This document shows positions 12,838 to 25,539 of a DNA stretch of 37,858 bases, piece after piece. This DNA comes from Octopus sinensis (lineage: Eukaryota). Within the stretch, counting starts at the first letter, position 1. Each line of letters begins with the position of its first letter. The DNA lies in contig NW_021836839.1 of assembly GCF_006345805.1 (NCBI RefSeq), forward strand, positions 1 to 37,858. Reading direction: 5' to 3'. The position numbers and the translations under genes were made by a program. A model generated the notes under the pieces. The model was not told the origin of the DNA and did not search any database. It worked only from the letters and a program-made list of their open reading frames with translations.

Positions 12838-13084
12838 GACATAGAATTATACACATATTATGTGGGAGATATATGTGTATGCGTGTGTGTATGTATTATA
12901 TGAGAGAATCCTTATAGAGTGTGAAGTCCTCAGAGAAAGAGGGAGAGAGAGAGAAGGAGAGAGAGAGGGGGGAGGAATTACATTGGGAAAGATGCTTTCT
13001 AAACAAAGAATGTAAATATTAGAAACTTTGAAATAAAAGAAAGTATTTAGATCAAAATAAATTTCGAGAGTTATCTCCACTTAC

Positions 13085-13091
13085 TTGCCAT
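13085..13091 (-). CDS. Candidate first coding mini-exon (ATG GCA A | gtaagt) of a minus-strand gene, possibly the death-domain gene
   Basis: Reverse strand ggagATGGCAA|gtaagtgg is a consensus donor in phase 1, the same phase as the death-domain exon. An ETS-like ccggaagt lies about 20 bp upstream. The link to 5810-6015 is inferred. Confidence 0.4.
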
Positions 13092-13190
13092 CTCCTATCC
13101 GACCTTTAATCTACTTCCGGCAACAGAAAATTTGAAATTAATTGGGACCCCGGGTACGTTGCTACCGTTCAAAACTAAACTGAGGTGAGG
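13092..13190. promoter_or_regulatory. Candidate bidirectional promoter
   Basis: acttccgg (ETS/GABP-like) at about 13113-13120. Minus-strand ATG and donor at 13091/13084, plus-strand donor ctgag|gtgagg at 13184/13185. Confidence 0.35.
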
Positions 13191-13495
13191 CATTTTAATT
13201 TCATTTGGGGCCATTTAACGCTTCAATGAACATCCTTTCATCTTAAACTCTGTCTGTGTGTCTATAAATTAATGATACGATATTAATTATCGTAAATGTG
13301 CGTGATCCAATTAGGAAATTAATGATTTTGTTTTTCGTTACGAAACTTACAAGGGCGTGGCCGCTTTGTTGGGGGACAGAGGTGGAGGTAACACAGAGTA
13401 GGGTCTCTGTTAAGTCAGCCTGAAATGGTAGGGTTTTGTGTATATGTTTTAACAAGGGTGGATTTCTCCGCTGTGGAAACTGGATACCATTTATT

Positions 13496-15312
13496 TAAGA
13501 AGAGTGGTCCTGGTGCGCGCACTCGCGTACTCGCGCATCCGCGCTAGCTAGTCGTGACTAGTCGATCCTACAACGACTACCGGTTAATATAGGGCGTAAC
13601 AAATATCAGAAAATCAAAAAAAAAATGTGTGTAATAGGTGTAAAACAACTTCCTATGAACGAATATGAAAAAAAAAATTCGCGCTCGCGAAAGGGGTGTG
13701 GGGGAGAGGCTTCGGAAATTTCCCATCTTCAGTCCACGGCCTTTGAACTAAGAAAAAATAGTGTAATTGGTGTAAAACTACTTGTTCTAAACGAGTATCA
13801 AGAACACACACTCACACATGAATCATAAACTCCGTATTTCGCAAAAAAAAAAAAAATAAAGAGAAGAAATTCTGGAAAAAGTGAAGAAATGTTGGATCTC
13901 ATTCCTTGGTTAAAGCTATTTTAAACATTAAATTTATGCTTTTCTTTGAATAGTTCAGATATATGCAATTCTTTCACTTATTAAGATGCATTTATCAGAA
14001 AAAAAGAGACAGAAAAAATTATTATTGTGTCAATCCTTCCCCTAATTATCCTTTATTAATTAGTTTTGGCGTGTATTTTTTCCCAAATTTATTTTTTCAC
14101 CTTTACAACACTGTTTAGTAAAGCAATTAATTATCTTTATAATTTGCATATTTGACTTATTAATCAAAATTCTCTAGATGTAATATATACTAAGTAATGC
14201 ATCCTTCATTTATGTGTTCCGTTCTGTATTATGCATGCGTGACTGTTTGTATGTAAGTGTGTTTAACTGTGCACATGAATGTGAATATTAAAGAACATAT
14301 TTATTTACTATGATTGTTATTTTCAGAACAAATAAATCTTTTGGCTGTTATGTTATTGATGTTATTATTATTGCTAGTTAAAGGGTGGTGACTTGGCTGA
14401 ATATTTTGAGTCTTGTAGTATGTAGTTGTGTTAGTCAATATTCTGAGTTCAAATCCAACTCATTTCTTTATCATCATTATCGATGGACCACTCAAAGAGG
14501 TATGTATACATTATCATTTTCGTAACATAATTTCTGTAGTATTTCAAGATGTTTCTGACACGTATTTTGATTCACATGGCGGAGATCCAACATTTCTTCA
14601 CTTTTTCCAGAATTTCTTCTCTTTATTTTTTTTTTTTGCGAAATATGATTTTATGATTCATGTGTGAGTGTGTGTTCTTGATACTCGTTTAGAACAAGTA
14701 GTTTTACACCAATTACACTATTTTTTCTTAGTTTAAAGGCCGTGGACTGAAGATGTGAAATTTCCGAAGCCTCTCCCCCACCCCCCTTTCGCGAGCGCGC
14801 ATTTTTTTCATGATAGTCGTTCAGAGCAAGTTGTTTTACACCTATTACGCTGTTTTTGTTTTTGTTTTTGTGCCCGGTTCAGACGCTTTCGGAAATTCCC
14901 GATATAAATATTCCGAGGCCTCTCCCCCACCCCTCTTTCGCGAGAGCGCATTTTTCTTTTGTCATATTCGTTTAGAGCAAGTTGTTTTACACATATTACA
15001 CTATTTTTTTTTTGTTTTGGTGCCCGGGTCAGCTCCTCAGACGCTTTCGGAACTTCCCGATGTGAATTTTCCGAGGCCTCTCCCCCACCCCCCTTTCGCG
15101 TGCGCGAATTTTTTTTTTCATATTCGTTCATAGGAAGTTGTTTTACACCTATTACACACATTTTTTTTTTGATTTTCTGATATTTGTTACGCCCTATATT
15201 AACCCGACTACCTAGCAAAGTAAATGAAACACAAAGTAAAGATCGACTAGCTAGCTCGGATGCGCTAGTACGCGATTGCGCGCACCGGGACCACTCTTCT
15301 TAGGTAGTACCC
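13496..15312. mobile_element. MITE family A, split by the 13582-15204 insertion
   Basis: About 58-bp inverted repeats taagaagagtggtcctggtgcgcgcactcgcgtactcgcgcatccgcgctagctagtc / gactagctagctcggatgcgctagtacgcgattgcgcgcaccgggaccactcttctta. Confidence 0.75.
13582..15204. mobile_element. Non-autonomous DNA transposon with long TIRs and 8-bp TSD (Merlin-, hAT- or MULE-like)
   Basis: Termini ggttaatatagggcgtaacaaatatcagaaaatc / gattttctgatatttgttacgccctatattaacc. TSD cgactacc at 13574-13581 and 15205-15212. Arms are 13582-13900 and 14582-15204, the right one with extra ~110-120-bp subunits. Confidence 0.9.
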
Positions 15313-15753
15313 TATAAATTAATGTGTGTCTATAAATTAAATATGTGTGTGTAAAAGTGATAAAGTCAAGTTTCATGTATTTAGTGTCTGTAACAGTAAC
15401 TCCCTCTCACTCCTTTTGCTGTTTTAGCTTTCTTTCTGACCTGTCCATAAATTATCTTTACAACTTCCACACTGCCGAACTTCAAATTGTAAACCCAGTG
15501 TTTATTTCAATGCCTCGCTTCCTCCATTTCCTCTCTCTCTTATTCTTCTCTTAGCCTATGTTATTAAGTCTGCTATGCGTATGTATGTGTATGTATAATA
15601 TATACTAGCAGTCCTCTGGCCTTTATCTCGGTGTGTAGTGTACACAAATGTATTCATAAAACATCTTTCGTAATGCTTATGTATTAAGATCTTAATTAAA
15701 GGTTACAAGTCGATACCCTTCACAAGAAATAGTTTTAAATTCCAACCTTAAGT

Positions 15754-15787
<34 letters not shown>

Positions 15788-16338
15788 TGTATCTAGGTTA
15801 GTTGAAATATGTTTCTGATATATTTCCACTGCTGAACGACAATGTGAAAAGGTATAAAAACAACATATGTGTCCAGTGCCGCCATCTCAACAACGAAAGT
15901 GCTAGAAACATGTAGATGTTGATGATAGTGATGACAACTATAATGGTAGTGACGGGGGTGGGAAGGATGTATTCAGTTTTATACTGAAAAATATAAAAAT
16001 ACTTGAAAACAATTGTTTAGAAAAACAAAACACTTCAGATGGCCAGAATTTGTCGATGGAATAGTTATCAGCATCCACCAGTTGGTCAAATTTGGAGTGT
16101 CAGCACTTAAGAGGGAAAAACAAAATGAGAACTTTAACATTCCACGAACTGCTGCAAAAGGATGCCATCTGCACTGAGTATTAGACACACACACACACAC
16201 ACACACACACATTATATGTTTGCCTGTAAACTCAAGTGGTTGTTAAGCAAAGGATGGGTGGACAAATTTTGTATCACAGAAAAACAATGCTATTTATTTA
16301 ACAAGAAACGAACCAATATTTTTGCACACACTAACGCA

Positions 16339-16402
<64 letters not shown>

Positions 16403-16424
16403 AATCTCTCTCTCTATATATATG

Positions 16425-16462
<38 letters not shown>

Positions 16463-16688
16463 CATACATATATATATATGCATTGTGAAATATCGATATA
16501 TAGAATGATATACTCACATGCATAAAACTATATATGCATTATGCATATACGGGATTGTCAAGCTGCTATTTCTGTTTGGTTAGTAATTAAAGAGATAATT
16601 ACAATGTTTGTGCTGAAACAGAATCCTGTATTTGCCATAATTAGTCATCATCGTAATTAAGGTGGCGGGCTGACAGAATACATACATA

Positions 16689-16770
16689 CAAGTGTCTTCT
16701 GCTACAGCCTCGGGCTGACTAATGCCTTGTGAGTGGATTTGGTAGACGGAAACTGAAAGAAGCCTGTCGT
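16689..16770 (+). mobile_element. SINE internal fragment
   Basis: aagtgtcttctgctacagcctcgggctgactaatgccttgtgagtggatttggtagacggaaactgaaagaagcctgtcgt matches the family of 10856-11243. Confidence 0.75.
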
Positions 16771-16772
16771 AT

Positions 16773-17338
16773 TTACAAAATATTCTCTCTCCCTCCTATT
16801 TAAATTATGTTTTACTCAATTCCCAAAGTTTCTAGATGTTCAGTAATTTTTGTTGCAGAAAATTCCCTACGAATTATCTTCAACCTTGTTGCTCCTTCGC
16901 TCTCTCTCTCTCCTCATGTTACCGCCTGATACCCACCCCCAATCCCTAACTCTTTATAAACCAGCGTACGATTTATTTCGTCCCTCTACTCGATCTACAT
17001 CTTGCTGACAAAAGAAAGATTTCAGAAAAATGACCAGCTAAGCGATCTTAACTTTCAACCTGTCATTCATATTCATATTGTTAAGCATTGGTTCGTAACC
17101 CTAATCCCGTTTCTCTATTATCTATTTCGCCATCTTGTAAACATGGCTTCCTGTCTGTCTTAAGATCATGCATTTTTCAATTCCTCCTTTGTTTTCAGGG
17201 TCATCCCGTTGTTATTCCATTCACCAGAATTCCTTACAAAATATTCTCTCTCCCTCTTATTTAAATTATGTTTTACTCAATTCCCAAAGTTTCTAAATGT
17301 TCAGTAATTTTTGTTGCAAAAAATTCCCTACGAATTAT
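16773..17338. repeat. Two 105-bp direct repeats (16773-16877, 17234-17338) flanking a 356-bp core
   Basis: ttacaaaatattctctctccctc...aattccctacgaattat occurs twice with about 3 substitutions. Confidence 0.9.
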
Positions 17339-17866
17339 ATAATCATGTAGTCACCTGATCGACTACACTGCCAGATGTTACACATCACTTGTCACAATGT
17401 GCTTTGCATCGTTTTACGTTTTGAATGATGCCACCCCACTGGTTAGGAAAGCAGGCGAACATTCGGAAGTCTTGGGAAAAGAAGGGCATTGCAAGAATCA
17501 AACCCACGATCTAGCTATTGTGAGGGTAACACCCGAATCACTATGCCATACAGCTACTCACACATGCACACAAGTATACACATACATAGACTTATATATG
17601 TACGTTTATGCATATAAAGTAATCATTTTACACCTTTTCTCCATACATGTATGAGTATATTATTGATCCATTCTTTCTGCATCTGGATCCCTTTCATGTT
17701 ATTAACCCTTACCTGTTGTTCAAGGGATCCCTTATTCCAATGGTTTGTCTATTAACAGGGAAAATGATAATCTAATCGTTCATAGCTGAGCAATTTTCAG
17801 TAACAGCAAATGGAAAACACACACACACTCAAGCAGGTGTGTGCATATATATATATATATATACAC

Positions 17867-17936
<70 letters not shown>

Positions 17937-18268
17937 GTACACACACACAAACACACAGACACTTCATTTTGGCAGTTTTTTTCTCTGGTCCTCAGATTTT
18001 GTCAGTGGTGTACGATGGGCTTCTCTCAGATTATCTCTAATCCACTCAGAAGCCTTGATCAGCCATGGGATTTACAAGAAGGTACTTGCCCAAGGTGTCA
18101 TACAGTGGGACAAAACTGGTGGTTGATGTTTGGAAGAGCATCCAGCTGTACAATCCCTTTCCTAAATAGACAATAGCCCAGGGTAGTTTTTTCTACCTGG
18201 CCGGCTCCTGTCATCAATCTTACTCATGAATGGATGAAAAGTGGACGTTAAGTGATGATGGCAATGAG

Positions 18269-18299
<31 letters not shown>

Positions 18300-18873
18300 A
18301 TGGAAATTTATTAAATAATTATGAAATATTCGTAAAGATATTTGGAAAAATCTATAAAGCCATCACTTGTTGATAGTGTCTGATTTGATCTCACCTACTT
18401 TGCTAGTGTTTCGACAAAGATCAATACAGGCAGTTTTATTGAACAAACTCAGTTTCATTGATTCTTTTACTATATTTCGTAAATTTACCTTTCTTTGGAG
18501 AATCAGTTTGTCTTTGATATAAAGTGCCCTCCACCGTAGCTGGGGTATGATCCACAGATTTATAGCTCAACATGTACGCTGCCTCTACGTAGCTGATCAA
18601 CAGACTGTACGTTCCAATATTGAGGGTTTAATAGTAACCAGTCAATCTGTAATCTAACCTAAAGACACAACTCAATGACTGTTGTTAGGTTTATTTGTGT
18701 CAAGAAGAACATTCAGCTATGAATAATACTTTAGATAAACTGAAGTTTACAATATCAATGTTATCTTTTGCAAGATTTTAGAACCATCAACTTCTGTTTA
18801 TTGTTGTTTACCTCATTTTATAAGTTTTTAAAAACTGTTTTACTCTTTTTTTGTCATCTTTTATTCAGAAGAC

Positions 18874-18951
18874 ATGGCCTTAATCTTTAATAAAATTAGA
18901 AATAATGATGTGGAAGGATTGAAAATCTTACTTGAGGAGGAGCCAGGCCAA
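18874..18951 (+). CDS. Ankyrin-repeat gene, first coding exon
   Basis: Acceptor ttttattcag|aagacATG at 18868. MALIFNKIRNNDVEGLKILLEEEPGQ, then donor |gtaagt in phase 0, in frame with exon 28961. Confidence 0.7.
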
Positions 18952-19116
18952 GTAAGTTGTTCTGTTTATTGCTTTCTCAAATTTGCCTATTTCTTTATTA
19001 TTTTATACACAATTTGAAAACTTCAAACTAACTGCTTATATTTCTCCATAATATTTCATTTCTTTCTTCATCTCTTTCCTCTAATTGCCATTAATGTTAT
19101 AATAAAATTCTTGACC

Positions 19117-19340
19117 AAGGCAGCGAGTTGGCAGAAGCGTTAGCACACCAGGTGAAATGTTTAGCAGTATTTCGTCTGTGTTTACGTTCTGAGATCAAAT
19201 TCCGCCGAGGTCGACTTTTCTTGTCATCCTTTCTAGGTCGAAATATTAAGTACTAGTTGCCTACTGCGGTCGGTCTAATCGACTGGCCCCCTCCCCCAAA
19301 ATGTCAGGCCTTGTGCCTTGAGTAGAAAAGAATATTATTC
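19117..19340 (+). mobile_element. tRNA-derived SINE, second family
   Basis: ggcagcgagttggcagaagcgttagcac ... gagatcaaattccgccgaggtcgac ... ccttgagtagaaaagaatattatt. Confidence 0.8.
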
Positions 19341-20057
19341 TTGACCAAATTTTAGCATGGCAAAGTAGATGGAATGTGAATGAGAGAGAAACCCATCATC
19401 ACACACTGCAAGGGAGTATTCTGACATGAAATTTTCAGATGAGATGCGAAACAGATGGAGTCCATAGATGGATGGTGACTTTTTAAAGAAGTCCTCTTGC
19501 CATACGTAGTCGAAGTTTTACTGATGTCAAGGGTTACACCATTTTATGCAGATTTTGTCAAACATTTGAAAACACTGGTGTGTCACACAGGTACCAAGCC
19601 CCTCTTGATCTGGCTTTATAAAATTGTACAGGTGTTCATTGAAAAATGAAAGATACCTAAAGGGACAAATATGATGGTTGTTTGTAACTTTTAACTTCAT
19701 AATTGAAACATTGGAAGTTATAATGACTGGATGGTAGTCACTCGATAAGATATTGTCTGCAGGAATATTGAGCAGGATTTCCCAGTGAGGTCAGTACTAC
19801 CCATGTGTGGGGGCACTGTGGGAAAATATTATATGAGGTTATGTATATATGAAACACAAAGAATGTGTACCCGAGTTTAACTGAAGCTATGTATCAACGG
19901 TTGGATCAGTAAAGAAAACTAAGTGGTGAAGCATCAAGTATTCACTTATTCTGGTGAAGGTTCTGTGGTAAGTAGTCACCCATGTCAAGACTAGGATCGA
20001 GAGGGAAATTAATCTGATCTGGTATTAATTGAAACGACATTGAGAAATCCTTGGTAA

Positions 20058-23000
20058 ATGAAAAGAAACAATGTACACCTCACCTCGATGCTCCTACTGA
20101 ACATCAGAGGGCTGCAAACACTCAGTAACAGGACAAAAATCCCGTTCCTGAGAGACTTTGTTGCATGCAATCAAGCCTTATGCATAGCACTTACGGAAAC
20201 GCACCTGAAACCGGACATAGCAGATGCGGAGTTACACATACCACAGTATGCTGTACTACGGACCGACAGAAAAGAAAGGAGTCATGGAGGTGTTGCTATG
20301 TACATCTGTGAGGACCTCACACCCCAGGTCCTCTTGTCATACTCAAACTCGGTGTGTGACACACTAATTGTACATATTAGGCAACTTGATGTAGTTGTGT
20401 GTGCTACATATCGCCCTCCAGATGCCCCAAGCCATGTGGGCAAGTTTGAAGACTGCCTTATAAAAATAGAAGAAGTTCTAACCACATTAGAACAACACAT
20501 AGTGTACTTCTTATGGGAGACTTCAATCTGCCCAATGTCAGATGGCCCGAGGGCCTTTCTCTCCCAGGAATGACAAGATGTGAACGAGGACAGGCGAGGT
20601 CCCTCCTGAACCTCATCAACACCCTGTACATGGAGCAGGTAATACTCCAACCAACCAGGGCAGGTAACACACTGGATCTCTGCTTCACAAATAATATGGA
20701 TCTCATCCATAATGTGAAAGTGACACCGACACTACTCTCGGCCCACAACATGATAGAGCTGACCATGTACGGGCCAAAAGAGAGCACGGACATGCAGCCT
20801 ACAAGAAACCCTCAGAATCTTTCCAGCTTGAACTACCATAAGGCAAACTGGAAACAAATTGAGAAAGAGATCCTCAAACAAAACTGGCCTGAATGTCTCT
20901 CCTCGCCAGACATCGACGTGAAACTTCAACAATTCATGTCTGTAATGCAAGCCATATGCTACAAATGTGTCCCAGAGAGAAAGGCCACTGTACACAAGAA
21001 CAAAATCCCCAGAGAGAGGAAAAATTCTAATGAGACGGCGTACAAAATTTTCAAATCGCCTAAACAAACATTGAAAGCAGTGAAAAGTGAAAAGTCCCTC
21101 CTGAAAATAAACTGTGGAAATCGAAAAATGTCTGCAACTCTCCATGAGAAGGAAAGAGCAGACAAAGAAGCCTGGGCTATAGACAACATAAAATCTAACC
21201 CCAGAGCTTTCTACAGGTATGCCAAAGAAACAGCTACGGTGCACTGTAGAATAGGGCCACTCCTCGAAAAGGATGGCACACTTACAGGAAAACCAATGAG
21301 GGTAAGTGAAATACTGAATGAGCAATTCAAGAGTGTTTTCACTCCACCCCTTGGGCATTTCCAAATCACCAATCCAACTGACTTCTTTACCACTGCAGAT
21401 ATAAAATCAGAGGCGGCGACAATAGATTACATCGATATAAAGGAAGACGATGTAATCAAGGCTATAGATGAAATGAAAACAGACTCAGCTACTGGCCCCG
21501 ATGGATTCCCGGCAATCCTCCTAAAAGCATGTAAGAGAGTCCTAGCAAGACCACTGCATTTCCTCTTTCAGAGCTTCCTTGCAGTTGGCAAACTTCCAAG
21601 AAAACTGAAGGAAGGTAAAATATGCCCCATTCATAAAGGAGGTAGCAGAGCGGAAGCCAAGAAACTATAGACCTATCTCTCTGACCTCACACTCAGCAAG
21701 GTCATGGAACGAATAGTCAGAAGGAAGCTGATCACCTTCCTTGAAGAGAATGACTTGCTGCCCGACACCCAACATGGTTTCCGACCAGGGAGAAGCTGTT
21801 TAACTCAGCTCCTACAACACTATGACTGGGTGCTGAAACGGCTGCTCAACCACTCAAATGTGGAAGTGATATATCTGGACTTTGCAAAGGCCTTTGATAA
21901 AGTCGATCATGGAATGATATGTCACAAACTGCGTAATCTCAACATAGTTGGAAAACTGGGAGAATGGCTTCATGACTTTCTGAAAGGTAGAAGTCAGGTG
22001 GTAGTAGCCATTGGGGCCACTTCCATTAACACGCAAATAGTGAGTGGTGCTCTGCAGGGCACTGTTCTGGGACCACTACTGTTCATAATGGCCCTCTCAG
22101 ACATGCCCTCAGCCACGCAGAGAGCCACGATCACAAGTTATGCAGATGATACAAAAGTTTCACAGGCAATACAGAACCCTGAGGACACTAAACACCTGCA
22201 ATGTGAGCTGGACAAAATATACAAGTGGGCTGAAAAGAATAGCATGCAGTTCAATGCTGAAAAGTTTCAAGCTTTATACTATCAGCATGCAAAACTGAAT
22301 GCAATACCCAATGAATACACTGGACCCGGAGGAATAGCAATCCCAGAGGCACAATCAGTGCATGACCTAGGTATTTACATGAGTGATGACGCGACCTTTC
22401 GTGTACATGTTGCTAAATTGGCAATGAAATGTAGACGACTGGCCGGATGGATCCTCAGAACCTTTAGAACAAGAAACCATGATGGTCCTCTGGAGGACAC
22501 TTGTCCTAAGCCACTTTGACTATTGCTCTCAGTTATGGTCACCATCCAGTGTCAAGTTGATCACAGAGCTCGAGGCGATCCAACGTAGCTACACGAAGAA
22601 GATAGCCTCTATGCAGAATGTAAGCTACTGGGAAAGACTCAAGCGATTAAAACTATATTCCCTGGAACATAGGTGGGAAAGATATGCCATAATATACATC
22701 TGGAAGATCCTGGAGGGACGTGTCCTAAACTTTGGCATCGAGAGTTACGCAAATGCCAGAACTGGGCGCCACTGCGTGGTGCCTAGGACTCCAAACTTGC
22801 CATCAAGATGTAGGACAAGATTCTGTGATAGCCTGGGCTTCCGAGGCCCACAGCTCTTCAATATCCTCCCGAAGAACCTGAGAGACCTGCATGGGGTGGA
22901 TGCAGATGTCTTTAAAATGAAACTGGATCTCTTCCTGTCAGGTGTCCCAGATGAACCAACTTCACGGCAGGAGGTGCAGATGAGGGCAGCTGCATCGAAC

Positions 23001-23135
23001 TCTCTCATGCACCAAATGGCAGTTGCTAAAAAGCTTTCGTGAAGTAAAACCAAGTAGCAACACCAAATGGCGGTGCCCCAGCATGGCCACAGCTCATAAG
23101 CTGAAACTAGAATCAATCAATCAATCAATCAATCA
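20058..23135 (+). mobile_element. Near-full-length LINE ORF2 (APE endonuclease + RT; CR1/L2/Jockey group) with frameshifts and a (TCAA)n tail
   Basis: APE motifs NIRGL, ALTETHL, YRPP, GDFNLP, LDLCF, S-a-HN. RT motifs TGPDGFP, QHGFRPGRSC, YLDFAKAFDKVDH, QGTVLGPLLF, YADDTK, DLGIY. C-terminal LVLSHFDYCSQLWSP and GPQLFNILP. Tail aatcaatcaatcaatcaatcaa. Confidence 0.95.
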
Positions 23136-23724
23136 ACATTTAAAAAGTTTGAGAATCACTGGTATAGGACCGTCATGGTTAGGAAGCAGTTGGTAGAATG
23201 ATTCTGTTAAATTTATAGAGATTCTGTTGGTAGGAGACCAGAAATCTTGGTTTCAAATTAGGAGTGAAGAGAGCTGACAGATGGTGAAATGCAGAAAGAA
23301 GCATCCTTTATTTTATTGATGACCATCATACCTGTAATTCAATGGTGGGTGAATGCCTGCCACTTTGTGATGGTAGGTGTTTTCTTCCAGATGATGTTGA
23401 TATTGTTGTCTAAACAGATGTAATACAGTTGTGTATGAACACCTCACACCTTTTAACATTTTGTATGGCTACAAAGTACTAACGAAGCACTTAATTTAAA
23501 ATGTAGCACTGCCTTATTGATGTTTTTATTCCCCCATCGTTTCCTTTCATTTGTATCCACTTTTTCACACTTTGAACATATTCAAATGAAGTTGGTGTCA
23601 TCCAGAAGTTCCCACAGATATCTAGTCTCAAATAATTACTTTGTATTAAATTCAGTGACAAACATAAAGTGGTTTTCTTTCTCTTCATTGAGCTTATGCA
23701 TGAATTGAACCATCTTCCTAAGTA

Positions 23725-25360
23725 TTTCCAGGAGCATGGTAATCAGGGAGGGCAGTAAGGTAACCAACAAAATCAGGCTCCAAGTGCAAGGAGCATTCCA
23801 TCAATAGAGGTAAATCCTAATAAATGCCTTGAAAAGATGTTTGACAAGTCGCTGTCAGAGGGAATCATTGTCACCAAAATTGTAAAGCTAGCAGAGGAGC
23901 GGCGGATGAGGATTGATAGATCAGGGCTTCCAGGAAAGTTCAGGGCATGGCTCTACCAACACAGACTGCTCCCAAGACTCATATGGTTGCTGACGCTGTA
24001 TGATGCTCCAATGACAAGTGTGGAAAGGGTGGAGAGAAAGATATCTAAATACCTCCGAAGATTGCTAGGAGTTTCCCAAGCTTCACTTCAGTAGGCCTGT
24101 CAATAAGATCTGGAAGGCTACAACTTCCCCTGTCGTATTTACTGGAGGAATTCAAAGTAGCAAAATGTAAAGTAATGGTGTAGAGGAACTCTAAGGACGA
24201 GCTTGGCAGACATGCAGGTATTACCACAAGGTGTGGGTAACTAGCACCGCTGTCGCTCAGGCTGAAGGCATGCTGGAGCTACGCGCCATAATTGGAGCTA
24301 CATGTTGGGGTCGCCAGGGACTTGGCTCTTCCTATTTCCAACAATAGAAGAAAGCAGACACCAAGGAGAGGCGGGTTATGACTCAGAAAGCAATGTGGAA
24401 CCAGGAGGAAGATAAAAGGAAATCTAGAGCTGTCGAGCTGGAATCTCTCGGTGCATGGACTAAATGGGATCTCCCTAAGAGGAAGCTCACATGGACTGAT
24501 CTGTGGAGGCTGGAACCTTTGCACATCTCCTTCCTGCATAGAGCGATGTATGACACACTCCCGATGCCAACAAACCTGCACAGATAAGGTTTGAGGGAAG
24601 ACCAGCTGTGTAGACTTTGTGGGAAAGGGACACTCTGGCACACATCCTGGAAGGGTGCAGAATAACACTTTCTCAAGGCAGATACAAATACTTGCTCACA
24701 CCCTGGAGAAGTAAAGGTGTAAGAAACATCATCACCAAGGGAAGATAACTGCCGCAATTGAGTTCATGAAAGAGGGAGAGAAACCAGTAAAGCCAGCAAA
24801 AGCAATACACAGCTTGCTGCAAGGGTCTCAACAATGGGATATGAAGGTAGACTTAGGGAAGAGATTGCAGTTTCCCCAGGATATCCATACAACCCTGAGG
24901 CCTGATGTGGTCCTGTGGTCTGAAAAGGCCCAGAAAATTATCATAATTGAACGAACAGTTACGTGGGGAGCCGGTTGTAACGAGGCCCATGAACAGAAGT
25001 GTGACAGATATAAGAGACTTCTGCAGGATTGCAGGGAGAAGCGATGGCAGGTATGGATATTCCGAGTGGAGGTTAGCTGTAGGGGATTCTTTGCCCAGTC
25101 GGCATGGAGGATTTCTACTGCAACTTGAATGAGAGGTAAGGAGGGAAGGGTGGCTGTACGCATGATGGGAGAGGCAACTGAAAGAGCCTTTTGGTGGCTT
25201 TGGTGTAAGAGAGAAGATTAACGCTGGAAGGCATGAGGAGTTGAGGAGCAGTGAATTGGCCATCTCTGTTAACCCATCAACAGTAGGGTGTTACGGTTCA
25301 GAGTCAAAACATCCGATGAACGAGGGATAACGTCTGACAACATTGGTTTCTCCTGGACAA
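23725..25360 (+). mobile_element. 5'-truncated, decayed HERO-like non-LTR retrotransposon (RT C-terminus + restriction-like endonuclease)
   Basis: GLPGKFRAWLYQHRLLPRLIWLLTLY, GAWTKWDLP.RKLTW.DLWRLEPLHISFL.RAMYDTLP.PTNL and TTLRPDVVLWSEKAQKIIIIE.TV.W (PD..D/E.K type). The HERO assignment is from recalled family motifs. Confidence 0.8.
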
Positions 25361-25539
25361 GGCTCCATTCACTTTGGGGAATAGATAAAACACATCCTTA
25401 CAGGTGCTATTAACTCGTATATATATATATGTATGTGTGTGTGTATGTGTATATACAGACAAGCAGATGTGTGTGTATTTTTTAGTGGAGGTTGTGTGTG
25501 TGTGTGTATGCATATGTATCTACGTTAGGGTCCCCAACT

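Noticed and set aside
20282-23116. Minus-strand ORFs over the LINE
   Set aside because: Antisense shadows of ORF2.
25285-25345. gtcaaaac...ccgatga...ctgac in the HERO-like 3' UTR as a hammerhead
   Set aside because: Core is not CUGANGA/GAAA in a valid order and I could not build the stems.
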